A stretch of 57,017 nt of DNA from Candidatus Dormiibacterota bacterium. Its GTDB lineage: Bacteria; Chloroflexota; Dormibacteria; CF-121. The notes below the pieces were generated by a model. It did not search any database, had not been told where the DNA came from, and saw only the letters and a program-made list of their open reading frames with translations. The stretch is taken from positions 1 through 57,017 of the forward strand of contig DATASI010000182.1 in the NCBI GenBank assembly GCA_036269255.1, given 5' to 3'. Positions 26,613 through 35,672 of the stretch are shown here, piece by piece. The stretch's first letter is position 1. Each line of letters opens with the position of its first letter. The translations under genes were made by a program, and so were the position numbers.

Positions 26613-27749
26613 ATGGCCGACCGGTTCGCGGTGGCGCCGCTGCTGATCCCGATCTCGGTGAGCCTTCACGTCTCTCTCGCCGCCGCCTCAGGAGCGGCAA
26701 GCCTCTATTACCTGGCCTACGGCGTGTTCCCTGCCGGCTATGGCATGCTCGCCGATCGCTACGGCCGCGTTCGGATCATGCGTGTCGCACTGGCCGGGAC
26801 GGCGGTGGCCGACCTGCTCTCATCGTTCTCTCCCAACCTCGTTTTCCTCCTGATTGCGCGCTTTGTCACCGGTGCCCTTGCCTGCGGCGTGTTGCCGACC
26901 GTCCTGGTGTACGTCGGCGATCGGTTCGCGTTCCGGGTGCGGCAGGCTGCGGTCGCGAATGTCCAGACCTTTGTCGCGATGGGCACGGCGGTCGGGACGC
27001 TCGGCGCCGGCCTGACCGCCCATTTCCTGAGCTGGCGCATCTTCTTTTTCTTCCCGGGCGCCGCCGCCGCGCTGCTCGCCATCTTTCTCGGTCGTGTACC
27101 TGAGTCGCTAAGCAACCGATCAACGCAGAACCCGCTGGCGCAGGTGGCCCTGGTGCTCCGCAACCGCTGGTCCCTTTTGGTTCTGGGACTTGGCATCCTG
27201 GTCGGCGCCGTCATGTTCGGCTTTGTTACGTTTCTGGCGCCGTCACTCGAAGCGAACGGAGAATCGGCGGCGGTCGCGGGCACTGTCGTGGCCAGCTACG
27301 GGCTCTCCGTGCTCCTGTGCAGCCGGCTGCTTCACCTGGTCGCTCGGGTGGTTTCGGTTCCCCTCATCCTGGCGGGTGGCGCGGCGCTGCTGTTGCTCGG
27401 CTATGTGGCCGCGTCGGTAGCGCAGAGCCTGCTGGTTATCCTGCTGACGAGCGTGCTCGCCGGCGCCGCCTATGCCTTCATGCAGTCGACGTTCCAGACG
27501 TGGGCGACGGACGTCGTGCCGGAGGCTCGGGCAACCTCCACGGCGCTGTTCGCCAGCACGATCTTCGCCGGCGCGGCGCTTGCGACCGCCACGGTGGCGG
27601 GACTCGCCGCGGCGCACCAGTATTCCACCCTGTTCTTGATCGCGGCCCTGGTCACCCTACCGGTGTTGATCGCGGGCAGCATCGGCCGCTGGCGCTATCC
27701 GGGGTCAGAAATCCTCGACGATCCTCAGCGGGGCAGCCAAATCGGCTGA
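26613..27749 (+). CDS. MFS transporter (start codon problematic)
   Basis: GMLADRYGRVRIM loop 2-3 motif and 11-12 hydrophobic segments. The first canonical start (ATG 26613) appears to cut TM1, and in-frame upstream sequence (..RVSPLIYLGPFAT) has no ATG, GTG or TTG. Confidence 0.7.
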   Translation: MADRFAVAPLLIPISVSLHVSLAAASGAASLYYLAYGVFPAGYGMLADRYGRVRIMRVALAGTAVADLLSSFSPNLVFLLIARFVTGALACGVLPTVLVYVGDRFAFRVRQAAVANVQTFVAMGTAVGTLGAGLTAHFLSWRIFFFFPGAAAALLAIFLGRVPESLSNRSTQNPLAQVALVLRNRWSLLVLGLGILVGAVMFGFVTFLAPSLEANGESAAVAGTVVASYGLSVLLCSRLLHLVARVVSVPLILAGGAALLLLGYVAASVAQSLLVILLTSVLAGAAYAFMQSTFQTWATDVVPEARATSTALFASTIFAGAALATATVAGLAAAHQYSTLFLIAALVTLPVLIAGSIGRWRYPGSEILDDPQRGSQIG

Positions 27750-28429
27750 TGGCGCTGGGCTTCGATCGCCCAGCGAAGCGTCTCGACCACGCCGCTCAGA
27801 TGCTCCCGCATCGCGTCCTCGCTCCCATTCGGGTCGCGGGCGGCAAGCGCCTCCAGGATGCGCTCGTGTTCGCGCAGCGATTGCTCCGTTCGTCCGGGCC
27901 GGAGAATCGTCCGGTACTGGAACCGCAGGCTCTGCGACTTCAGATTCGCGAGCAGCCGCGCCGCCGTTTCGTGGTCGGCGATCCGCCAGATCCGCTGGTG
28001 GAATTCGGCGTTGAGCTCCGAATACCCCATGGGATTGCCTTCGTCGAGCCGCCGCCGCATCTCATCGATCGAGCGGCGGAGATCGCGCAGGTCGACGGCG
28101 CTGGCGCGCTGCGCGGCGTGCCGGACGATCAGCTGCTCGAGCACGACTCGGACCTCTTCGATTTCGAGCGCCTCGCGGTCTGAAACCAGCCGGACGCGAG
28201 CCCCCCGATTGGGCTCGAGGACGACAAGGCCTTCCTGGTCCAGCCGGACGAACGCGGCGCGAATGGCGCTCCGGCCGGCGCTCAGGCGCCGTGCCAGGTC
28301 GGCCTCGATCAGGCGTTCGTTGGGGTGGAAGCGCCCGCTGACGATCTCGTTACGCAACTGCTGATAGCAGTCACCGCGGCGTTCTGACGTCGCTTCCGAA
28401 GTACCTGGCTGCGCTACCGATGTTTCCAC
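27725..28429 (-). CDS. GntR family transcriptional regulator (FadR/FCD subfamily)
   Basis: N-terminal winged HTH (LIEADLARRLSAGRSAIRAAFVRLDQEGLV) and a helical FCD-like C-terminus. GTG start. Divergent from the ABC operon. Confidence 0.85.
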   Translation of the reverse strand: METSVAQPGTSEATSERRGDCYQQLRNEIVSGRFHPNERLIEADLARRLSAGRSAIRAAFVRLDQEGLVVLEPNRGARVRLVSDREALEIEEVRVVLEQLIVRHAAQRASAVDLRDLRRSIDEMRRRLDEGNPMGYSELNAEFHQRIWRIADHETAARLLANLKSQSLRFQYRTILRPGRTEQSLREHERILEALAARDPNGSEDAMREHLSGVVETLRWAIEAQRHQPIWLPR

Positions 28430-28458
28430 TTGTCGCCTGCCCCAGAATTATGCAGAAT

Positions 28459-28470
28459 ATTGTCCACAAT
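28459..28470. promoter_or_regulatory. Candidate GntR operator in an AT-rich divergent promoter region
   Basis: ATTGTCCACAAT is the inverted repeat ATTGT-NN-ACAAT and fits the GntR-family GT-Nx-AC core. A further GACAAT half-site lies at 28476-28481. Confidence 0.4.
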
Positions 28471-28513
28471 CGGGGAGACAATTATTAGAGATCCTCAAGG
28501 GAGGGGAATCGTG

Positions 28514-29830
28514 ATGACAAAAATGCGGTGGCCTCGTTTCCTCGCGGTACCCGCCGTTGCCCTGGTGCTGGCGGCATGTGGTACCGGCAACAACGCGACC
28601 GGCGGAGGGCTTGGTTCTGGCGATCTTCTCGTCGGGGTCCTCGCGCCGTTCAGCGGGGCGGACGCAAACCTCGGTCCCGCCTACTACGCGGCCTGCCTGG
28701 CGGCAGCGCCGGAGATCAACAACAACGGCGGTGTGGGCGGACGGCACGTGACCTGCCAGAAATTCGACACTCGAGGTGAGCCGGCGGACGCGGCACCTGC
28801 AGCCAACCAGATGATCGCCAGCAACTCGAACTTGATGGCGGTTGTCGGCTGCACGTCGGACGAAGCCTCGGCGGTGGCGAAGATCGTCGACAAGGCGCAT
28901 ATCCCGATGTTCTGCATGACCGGGCAGTCGGAGTTCAACAAAACGAAATTGCCCTATTTCCACCGCCTGGTCCCGGCGGACATCTTTGATGCCTATGCCA
29001 TGGTCGGCTGGATCATCTACGGTCCCAGCCACCCGACCTGGAACAAGGTGGCGCTCGTCTTCGGCGACGACATCGGCTCCCAGGCCTTCGTCACACCCGC
29101 GACCAACGCCCTCAAGCACTTCGGCAAGACGGTCCAGAATTTCCCGATTCACCTGGGCGCGTCCTCCTTCCGGACCGAGGTCCAGGGCATGCTGAACTTC
29201 AAGCCAGACGTGATCCTGACCGAGGCCCTGGGATCGGCCGGCACCTACCTCGGCGAGGTGAAGGTTCAGAATGGCGGACAGACGATTCCCTTCATCGGGA
29301 CCTCGGCGACAATCGACCCAGCCTGGTTCGCGGACGTGAAGTCCACCATCGGGGTGAACGACGTGGTCCAGTACTACCGGGGCGTCGATCTCGGATACAC
29401 CTTCTCGGGAACCGCGTATGACGAGTTCAAGGCAAATCTCCAGACCGCATCCTCGACCTTTGCGGACGCCTCGAAGTACGGGCAGCGCGGATCGACGCTG
29501 CACCTCTACGACGGCATCGTCATGACCGCCCTCGCCATGGTCGCGACCAACAGCAAGGATCCGACCGTCTACAACCCGAAGATCAAGGAGATCGCAAATG
29601 GCACCTCCGGTGCCACGGACGTCCACACCTACAAGGAGGGACTCGACGCGCTACACGCTGGAAAGTCAATCCGCTACGTGGGCGCCGCCGGCGTGAACAA
29701 CTTCGATCAGTACAACAACTCGCAGTCGGGTTACATCCTGGTCAAGTACGACGCGCAGGGCAACGAGGTCCAGCTTGCCACGCTGACGCCCGACCAGACC
29801 AAGAAGCTGAGCGACGCAGGAGGCATCTAG
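28514..29830 (+). CDS. ABC transporter substrate-binding lipoprotein (LivJ-like, Peripla_BP_6 type)
   Basis: AGGGAGGGG SD and a lipobox LVLAAC after a basic or hydrophobic signal. LLVGVLAPFSGADANLGP is typical of branched-chain-amino-acid-type SBPs. Confidence 0.85.
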   Translation: MTKMRWPRFLAVPAVALVLAACGTGNNATGGGLGSGDLLVGVLAPFSGADANLGPAYYAACLAAAPEINNNGGVGGRHVTCQKFDTRGEPADAAPAANQMIASNSNLMAVVGCTSDEASAVAKIVDKAHIPMFCMTGQSEFNKTKLPYFHRLVPADIFDAYAMVGWIIYGPSHPTWNKVALVFGDDIGSQAFVTPATNALKHFGKTVQNFPIHLGASSFRTEVQGMLNFKPDVILTEALGSAGTYLGEVKVQNGGQTIPFIGTSATIDPAWFADVKSTIGVNDVVQYYRGVDLGYTFSGTAYDEFKANLQTASSTFADASKYGQRGSTLHLYDGIVMTALAMVATNSKDPTVYNPKIKEIANGTSGATDVHTYKEGLDALHAGKSIRYVGAAGVNNFDQYNNSQSGYILVKYDAQGNEVQLATLTPDQTKKLSDAGGI

Positions 29831-29854
29831 GGTAACGATCGTTTCGCGGGAAGG

Positions 29855-30751
29855 GTGCCGGACGCCGTGAGCCTACTGATCGCGGCGTTCGGCTTCGGGC
29901 TCGTCAGCATGTCGGTGATCGCGCTCGCCGCGGTCGGCTTCACGATGCAGTTCGGCATTACGAACATGATCAACCTCGCGTACGGTGAAGTCATGATCAC
30001 CTCCGCGTTTGTTGCGTATTACCTCAACCGGATGGGCATAAGCATCTGGATCGCCATGCTGGCTGGCGCCGTGTTCGGCGCGGCCTTCTCCTTCCTGATC
30101 AACCGGTTCATCTACACGCCGTTCCAGCGAAAGAACACCGGACTGCTTGGCATGGTGATCGTATCGCTCGCCGTCTCCTTGATGATCGCCAACATCATGC
30201 TGCCCATCGTTGGCTACTTCAGCGTCTCCTATCGCGAGCGGTTCAGCCGCTTGCTGCGGGTTGGAGACCTCGCGTTGACCGTCAACCAGATCACGATCAT
30301 GGTCCTCGCGGTCGTGGTCATGCTGGCCGTCCATGCGCTCCTACGGTATACCCGGCTCGGGAAGGCCATGCGTGCGACCGCGGCGAACCCGACGCTCGCC
30401 CGCAACTGCGGGGTTAAGACGCAACGCGTGATCGACATCGTCTGGCTGATTACCGGCGCGCTGTGCGGGTTGGCCGGCGTCGTGGCCGCGCTCGACGCCG
30501 ACTCGTTCACGATTTCAAGCGGTGCTGTCTTTCTGATCACGGCCCTGGCCGCTGCCGTGCTTGGCGGCGCCGGCCAGCCGTACGGGGCGATGATCGGCGC
30601 GGTCGTCATCGGTCTCGTCACGGAGTTGAGCGCGGCGGTCTGGTCCCCGGACTACAAGCAAGTCGTCGCCTTTGCGATCCTGGTGCTGGTGATGGTGCTG
30701 CGCCCGCAAGGGCTGCTTGCGCGCCGCGGGGCGCTGGCGGCGGCCGGATGA
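29855..30751 (+). CDS. ABC transporter permease (LivH-like)
   Basis: FGITNMINLAYGE... and LGKAMRATAANP motifs. Confidence 0.85.
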   Translation: MPDAVSLLIAAFGFGLVSMSVIALAAVGFTMQFGITNMINLAYGEVMITSAFVAYYLNRMGISIWIAMLAGAVFGAAFSFLINRFIYTPFQRKNTGLLGMVIVSLAVSLMIANIMLPIVGYFSVSYRERFSRLLRVGDLALTVNQITIMVLAVVVMLAVHALLRYTRLGKAMRATAANPTLARNCGVKTQRVIDIVWLITGALCGLAGVVAALDADSFTISSGAVFLITALAAAVLGGAGQPYGAMIGAVVIGLVTELSAAVWSPDYKQVVAFAILVLVMVLRPQGLLARRGALAAAG

Positions 30752-31752
30752 ACACCTATTACCTCGCGAACGTGCTCATCTTCGCCGGCGTGGATATCAT
30801 CGCCTGTCTCGCGCTCAACCTCCAGTTCGGCGTCTCCGGCATCGTCAACTTCAGCTTCATCATCTTCCAGGCGGCTGGGGCCTACGCGGCAGCGATCCTC
30901 TCGCTGCCACCGCATACGTCGCCGGACTACAGCTTCGAGATCTACCTGGGTGGGTACCAGTTGCCCTTCCCCCTGCCGTGGATCGGTGGCGCGGTGGTTG
31001 GCGGGCTGCTGGCCATCCCGATAGGCTTGGTTGCGCTCCGGAAGCTGCGCGCCGATTACCAGGCGATCGCGCTGCTGGTCACTTCGATCATCGCCAACAC
31101 GGTGATCAACAATGCGCGGCCGCTGCTCAATGGCGCGGCCGGGCTTGCGAATGTGCCGCAGCCGCTGGACGGCCTGGTCGACACCAGTACCAGCGGCTAC
31201 CAGTACCTCTACATCGGCCTGACCGCCGTCTGCGTCGCACTGGTCTGGTTCGTCTCGGCCCGCATCGTCAACTCGCCCTACGGCCGCACGCTGCGGGCGA
31301 TGCGTGACCACGAGCTCGCCGCCACCGCCCTGGGGAAGAACCCGGTGGCCCTGAAAATGACGATCTTCGTCGTCGGCGGCGCGATCGCCGGGTTGTCAGG
31401 TGCCATCCTCGTCGGCTTCCTGCAGATCTGGGCGCCCTCGACCTGGCTGTATCCGGAGACGATCATCCTGTTCGCCGCCGTCATCGTCGGCGGAAGAGGC
31501 AACAACCTCGGGGCCATCTTCGGCGCCCTCCTGGTCCCAGTGGGATTCGAGGAATCAACGCGGCTCTTGGGAGGCCTCAACATCGGCAATCCAAACCTGA
31601 TCCCCGGCCTGGAATGGGTTTGCATCGGTCTCCTTATCCTTGGTTTCCTCTGGTTCAGGCCCAAGGGGGTCCTGCCTGAGCCGCGGCGCGTCTTCCCCGG
31701 CGGACCAGTTAAAGAAGAAACACGGTGGGTCGGGAGCGCCGGTGCCGGTTAG
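30748..31752 (+). CDS. ABC transporter permease (LivM-like)
   Basis: The internal ATG makes an ATGA overlap with the upstream stop. LALNLQFGVSG and YGRTLRAMRDHELAA motifs. Confidence 0.85.
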   Translation: MNTYYLANVLIFAGVDIIACLALNLQFGVSGIVNFSFIIFQAAGAYAAAILSLPPHTSPDYSFEIYLGGYQLPFPLPWIGGAVVGGLLAIPIGLVALRKLRADYQAIALLVTSIIANTVINNARPLLNGAAGLANVPQPLDGLVDTSTSGYQYLYIGLTAVCVALVWFVSARIVNSPYGRTLRAMRDHELAATALGKNPVALKMTIFVVGGAIAGLSGAILVGFLQIWAPSTWLYPETIILFAAVIVGGRGNNLGAIFGALLVPVGFEESTRLLGGLNIGNPNLIPGLEWVCIGLLILGFLWFRPKGVLPEPRRVFPGGPVKEETRWVGSAGAG

Positions 31753-31759
31753 CGAACCG

Positions 31760-32509
31760 ATGCTGGTCGCTCGAGACGTCCACCGGCACTTCGAGGGCAT
31801 GCACGCGGTAGACGGGGTGTCGATCGAGGTCATGCCCGGACGGATCACCGGGCTGATCGGACCGAATGGCGCCGGCAAGTCGACCTTCATGGCCGTGCTC
31901 GCCGGAACGCTGCCAGCGTCGGCGGGCAGCGTCATCTTCCAGGGTGAGGCCATCACACGGATGCCCGCATACCAGCGGGCTCGCCGCGGACTGGTGCGGA
32001 CGTTTCAGCTTCCTTCCGAATTTGCGCAGCTCACGGTGCTGGAGAACCTCCTCGTCGCCGCCCCCGACAATCGGGGCGAATCCTTGCTTGGCGCGCTGCT
32101 CGGCAAGCGGTACTGGATGCCGGACGAAACGCGGCTGGTGGCGCAGGCACGCGGCTTGCTCAAGCGTTTCGGCATGCTGGCCAAGGAATCGGATTACGCC
32201 GGGACGCTGAGCGGCGGGCAAAAGCGGCTGGTCGAGATCATGCGGGCGCTGATGCTGCGGCCCCGGCTGCTGCTGCTCGACGAACCGATGTCCGGTGTGC
32301 ACCCGTCGATTGTCAACGAGATCGCCGGCTATCTCGAGACGCTGCGCGACGATGGGCTGACGATCTTGATGGTGGAGCACGAGCTGCACATGGTCGAGCG
32401 GCTGTGTGATCCGGTCATCGTGATGGCGCAGGGCAAAGTGATCGGGCAGGGCGGCATGGCGCTGCTGCGCAAGCAGCCCGAAATCGTCGAGGCCTACCTT
32501 GTCGGCTAA
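31760..32509 (+). CDS. ABC transporter ATP-binding protein (LivG-like)
   Basis: GPNGAGKST Walker A, LSGGQKRLVEI signature and LLLLDEP Walker B. GTG at 31742 is an alternative start. Confidence 0.9.
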   Translation: MLVARDVHRHFEGMHAVDGVSIEVMPGRITGLIGPNGAGKSTFMAVLAGTLPASAGSVIFQGEAITRMPAYQRARRGLVRTFQLPSEFAQLTVLENLLVAAPDNRGESLLGALLGKRYWMPDETRLVAQARGLLKRFGMLAKESDYAGTLSGGQKRLVEIMRALMLRPRLLLLDEPMSGVHPSIVNEIAGYLETLRDDGLTILMVEHELHMVERLCDPVIVMAQGKVIGQGGMALLRKQPEIVEAYLVG

Positions 32510-32519
32510 CGGGTCGATA

Positions 32520-33341
32520 ATGGCGTCTCGGGATGACGCCGCGCCATTGGGCCGGCCGGCGCCGGCGCTGCGGGCGGAGGCCGTCACCTCCGGCTATGGC
32601 GGCGTTCCGGTTGTCCGCGACGTCTCGATCGCGGTCGGGCCAGGCGAGATCGTCGCCATCATCGGGCCGAACGGCGCGGGCAAGAGCACGCTGCTCAAGA
32701 CCCTGGTCGGCATCCTGCATGTCGACAGCGGCCGGGTCTTCGTCGGCAGCGATGACGTCACCAATCATGCGCCCGAGGACCTCGCAAGGCGAGGCGTCGG
32801 CTACGTGCCCCAGGTCAATGACATCTTCGAGCCGCTGACGGTTCACGAAAACCTCGAGATGGGAGGCTACCTGCTCGCCGCATCGAAGATCGGGGATCGC
32901 ATCGAGGAGGTCATCCGGGTCTTCCCGGCGCTGGCGCCGATGCTCAAGCGGCGCGCCGATAAGCTGAGCGGCGGGGAGCGGAAGATGCTGGCCATCGCGC
33001 GGGTGCTGATGCTCGACCCGGCGATCTTGATCCTCGACGAGCCGACCGCCAACCTCTCGCCGAAGCTGGCGGACAGCCTGCTTCGCGATCACGTTCGGCG
33101 ACTGGCCAATCTGGACAAAGCGGTGTTGCTGGTGGAACAGCGGGCGCGTGCAGCGCTGCAGATCGCCGCCTGGACCATGGTGCTGGTGTCGGGGGCGACC
33201 AGGCTGGAAGGGCGCCCCGGCGAACTCCTCGAGCGCCAGGACTTCGAGGAATTGTTCTTGGGAGCCGGAACCGGCCCGACGCCGCCGGCCCCCACCGTTC
33301 CCTCACCCCGAGGGGAAGATCAGGAGGTACACAAGGGATGA
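32520..33341 (+). CDS. ABC transporter ATP-binding protein (LivF-like) with a Pro-rich C-terminal tail
   Basis: GPNGAGKSTLL, LSGGERKMLAI and ILILDEP. TTG at 32499 is an alternative start. Confidence 0.9.
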   Translation: MASRDDAAPLGRPAPALRAEAVTSGYGGVPVVRDVSIAVGPGEIVAIIGPNGAGKSTLLKTLVGILHVDSGRVFVGSDDVTNHAPEDLARRGVGYVPQVNDIFEPLTVHENLEMGGYLLAASKIGDRIEEVIRVFPALAPMLKRRADKLSGGERKMLAIARVLMLDPAILILDEPTANLSPKLADSLLRDHVRRLANLDKAVLLVEQRARAALQIAAWTMVLVSGATRLEGRPGELLERQDFEELFLGAGTGPTPPAPTVPSPRGEDQEVHKG

Positions 33342-34249
33342 GACTGTTGATGTTCCGGCACGGTAGTGAGCGGCGACTGGGCGTGTTGCGCGAAGGGAGT
33401 CAGGATGAGGTTATCGATCTCGCCGACCTTAGCCGGTCAGATGGCGGGACCCCGCCCGACCTCCTGACCTTGATCGAGCAAGGCCCTTCGGCGCTCAGTC
33501 AACTGCGCCAACGGCTGAGCTCGTCAAAGGCCGCCACCCGCCGCCTGGCGGAGCTGACCCTGTTGTCCCCGCTCGATCCGCCCCGAGGCAACGTCCTTGC
33601 CATCGGGCGCAACTACCAGGAGCACGCCAAAGAGAGCGCGCGCGCATGGGGAGAAGAGATCAAACCTCCAACGGTCTTCACGAAAGCGCAAACGTCGGTC
33701 GCGGGCCCATATGAGGACATTCCGATCGACCCAGGAGTCAGCGAGAAGATCGACTGGGAGGCGGAACTGGGCGTCGTGATCGGGAAGGCCGGGATCAACA
33801 TCAAGCCTGAAGACGCCATGAGCCACGTCTTTGGCTACACGGTGATCAACGACGTCAGCGCGCGAGACATCCAGAACGGCTGGGGCGGCCAGTTCTTCAA
33901 GGGCAAGAGCCTGGACAAGTACTGCCCGATGGGCCCGTGGGTGGTGACCGCCGATGAGATTCCCGATCCGCAGAACCTGCGGCTCACCCTGAAGGTCAAT
34001 GGCGTCACCAAGCAGGCCGGGAATACGAGGAACATGATCAATTCGGTCGAGCAGCTGATCGTGTGGCTGTCGATCGGCATGACGCTACTGCCCGGCAACG
34101 TGATCGCGACCGGGACCCCGGACGGTGTCGGCTTCGCGCGCACCCCGCCGGAGTTCCTGAAGCCGGGCGACGTCATGGAGACAGAGGTTGAAGGCGTCGG
34201 GTTGCTGCGCAACAAGATGGTCAGCGCCAAGGTCCCGGCGGCGCGCTAG
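33338..34249 (+). CDS. Fumarylacetoacetate hydrolase (FAH) family protein
   Basis: AIGRNYQEHAKE, DWEAELGVVIGK, GYTVINDVSARD and PGNVIATGTPDGVG. ATGA overlap with the upstream ATPase gene. Confidence 0.9.
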   Translation: MRLLMFRHGSERRLGVLREGSQDEVIDLADLSRSDGGTPPDLLTLIEQGPSALSQLRQRLSSSKAATRRLAELTLLSPLDPPRGNVLAIGRNYQEHAKESARAWGEEIKPPTVFTKAQTSVAGPYEDIPIDPGVSEKIDWEAELGVVIGKAGINIKPEDAMSHVFGYTVINDVSARDIQNGWGGQFFKGKSLDKYCPMGPWVVTADEIPDPQNLRLTLKVNGVTKQAGNTRNMINSVEQLIVWLSIGMTLLPGNVIATGTPDGVGFARTPPEFLKPGDVMETEVEGVGLLRNKMVSAKVPAAR

Positions 34250-34267
34250 CGAAGCCCGCTCGGCCTG

Positions 34268-34645
34268 CTAGAGCAGCTGGCCGATTCCGAGCAGATTGCC
34301 CTCGCTGTCTTTGAACCAGGCGGCGCGCGCGTAACCGAGGTCCGCGATCGCGTCCACCGTTTTCAAGCGCGGAGAATCGTAGTGCTCGAAGCGAAGGCCT
34401 CGCGCGCTCAGGTCGGTGACGACGCGCCGAATGTCATCGACCATGAAGGCCAGCTGCGTATGTGATCCAGAAGCGCTGCCGGCGCTGCGGAACAGCCGAA
34501 AGCGCGTGCCATCCGGCATCTGGAATCGAATCCCGACCGGCCCCTCACTCGTCGGGGTCAGTCCGAGGCGGTCAACGTAAAAGGCTCGGGCTCGATCGAG
34601 ATCTTGAGCAGGAAGGGTCGCCTCGGCGGTCGCATCCTTGAGCAT
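34268..34645 (-). CDS. VOC family (glyoxalase/bleomycin-resistance fold) protein
   Basis: A single VOC module. I prefer the ATG preceded by GGGAGGGAGGTG over the TTG start used in the track. Confidence 0.75.
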   Translation of the reverse strand: MLKDATAEATLPAQDLDRARAFYVDRLGLTPTSEGPVGIRFQMPDGTRFRLFRSAGSASGSHTQLAFMVDDIRRVVTDLSARGLRFEHYDSPRLKTVDAIADLGYARAAWFKDSEGNLLGIGQLL

Positions 34646-34698
34646 CAGCACCTCCCTCCCGGCCAATCATACGGCTGGGGGCGCGTCATAATCTGAGT

Positions 34699-35637
34699 GT
34701 GGCGCGAGCAGTCTGGACCGGCACGATGGGCTTCGGGCTGGTCAGCGTACCAGTCCGGCTCTACCCGGCGACCAGGCGCAAAGACGTCCGTTTCCACGAG
34801 ATCGATCGGAGCAGCGGCCGCCGCATCCACCATCAGCGCGTCGTCGAAGAGCCGACCCCCATCCCGGCCCCCACACTGAGAGGAAGGGAAAGTCTTGCGA
34901 GCGGCCTCCCAACCATCCCCGTAAGTCACGCGCGTAGCCTGCCGCTGCCGTTGGAACCCGGCAGCGGGCCGCCGGTCAGGATGGTCGCCTCCCCCGATGT
35001 TCTCAAGGGATTCGAAGTTGCGAAGGATCGCTATATCGCGGTCGGACGGGAGGAACTCGAGGAGCTCGCCCCAGAGCGAAGCCGGAGCATTGACGTCGAG
35101 CAGTTCGTCGACGCCTCATCGCTGGACCCCATCTATTTCGATACCTCGTATTACGTCGTCCCCGAACGAGACCACGAGCGTGCCTTCGGGTTGCTGGTCG
35201 ATGCCATGCAGGAAACGCGTCGGGTGGCGATCAGCTGGTTCGTCCTCAGGCGCAAACGCTACCTGGCTGCGCTGCGGCCGCACGGCCGGCTGATGGTGCT
35301 CTCGACGATGTTCCACGCTGATGAGATCCTGCCAATCGCCGAGCTCGAGCCGGCGCCGCCACGTGACCTGCGCAAGAAGGAGCGCGAAATGGCGGCACTC
35401 CTGCTGAATACGCTCTCCGGGCCGTTCGAACCGGAGCGCTACCCCGATGCCTATCGCCAGCGCCTGACCGCGTTGATCGAGGGACGAGCGGAGGAGGCCA
35501 GGCCGGCACCGTCCGAAGTCTTGACCGGGACAGGCGTGCAGGATCTGATGGCGGCATTGCAAGCCAGCGTCGAACGGGCGAGAGCCGCGAAGAAGGGAAC
35601 CAGGACGACGGCCCGTCGCAAGCGGAAATCCGCCTGA
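34699..35637 (+). CDS. ku: Ku protein (non-homologous end-joining DNA-end-binding protein)
   Basis: AVWTGTMGFGLVSVPVRLYPA..., FVD...LDPIYFDTSYYVVP, and a basic C-terminal tail (KKGTRTTARRKRKSA). GTG start. It contains an extra Pro-rich segment of about 40 aa. Confidence 0.9.
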   Translation: MARAVWTGTMGFGLVSVPVRLYPATRRKDVRFHEIDRSSGRRIHHQRVVEEPTPIPAPTLRGRESLASGLPTIPVSHARSLPLPLEPGSGPPVRMVASPDVLKGFEVAKDRYIAVGREELEELAPERSRSIDVEQFVDASSLDPIYFDTSYYVVPERDHERAFGLLVDAMQETRRVAISWFVLRRKRYLAALRPHGRLMVLSTMFHADEILPIAELEPAPPRDLRKKEREMAALLLNTLSGPFEPERYPDAYRQRLTALIEGRAEEARPAPSEVLTGTGVQDLMAALQASVERARAAKKGTRTTARRKRKSA

Positions 35638-35672
35638 CGGCGTGTAACCGGACGGCGTAGGCTCAGCCAGAG

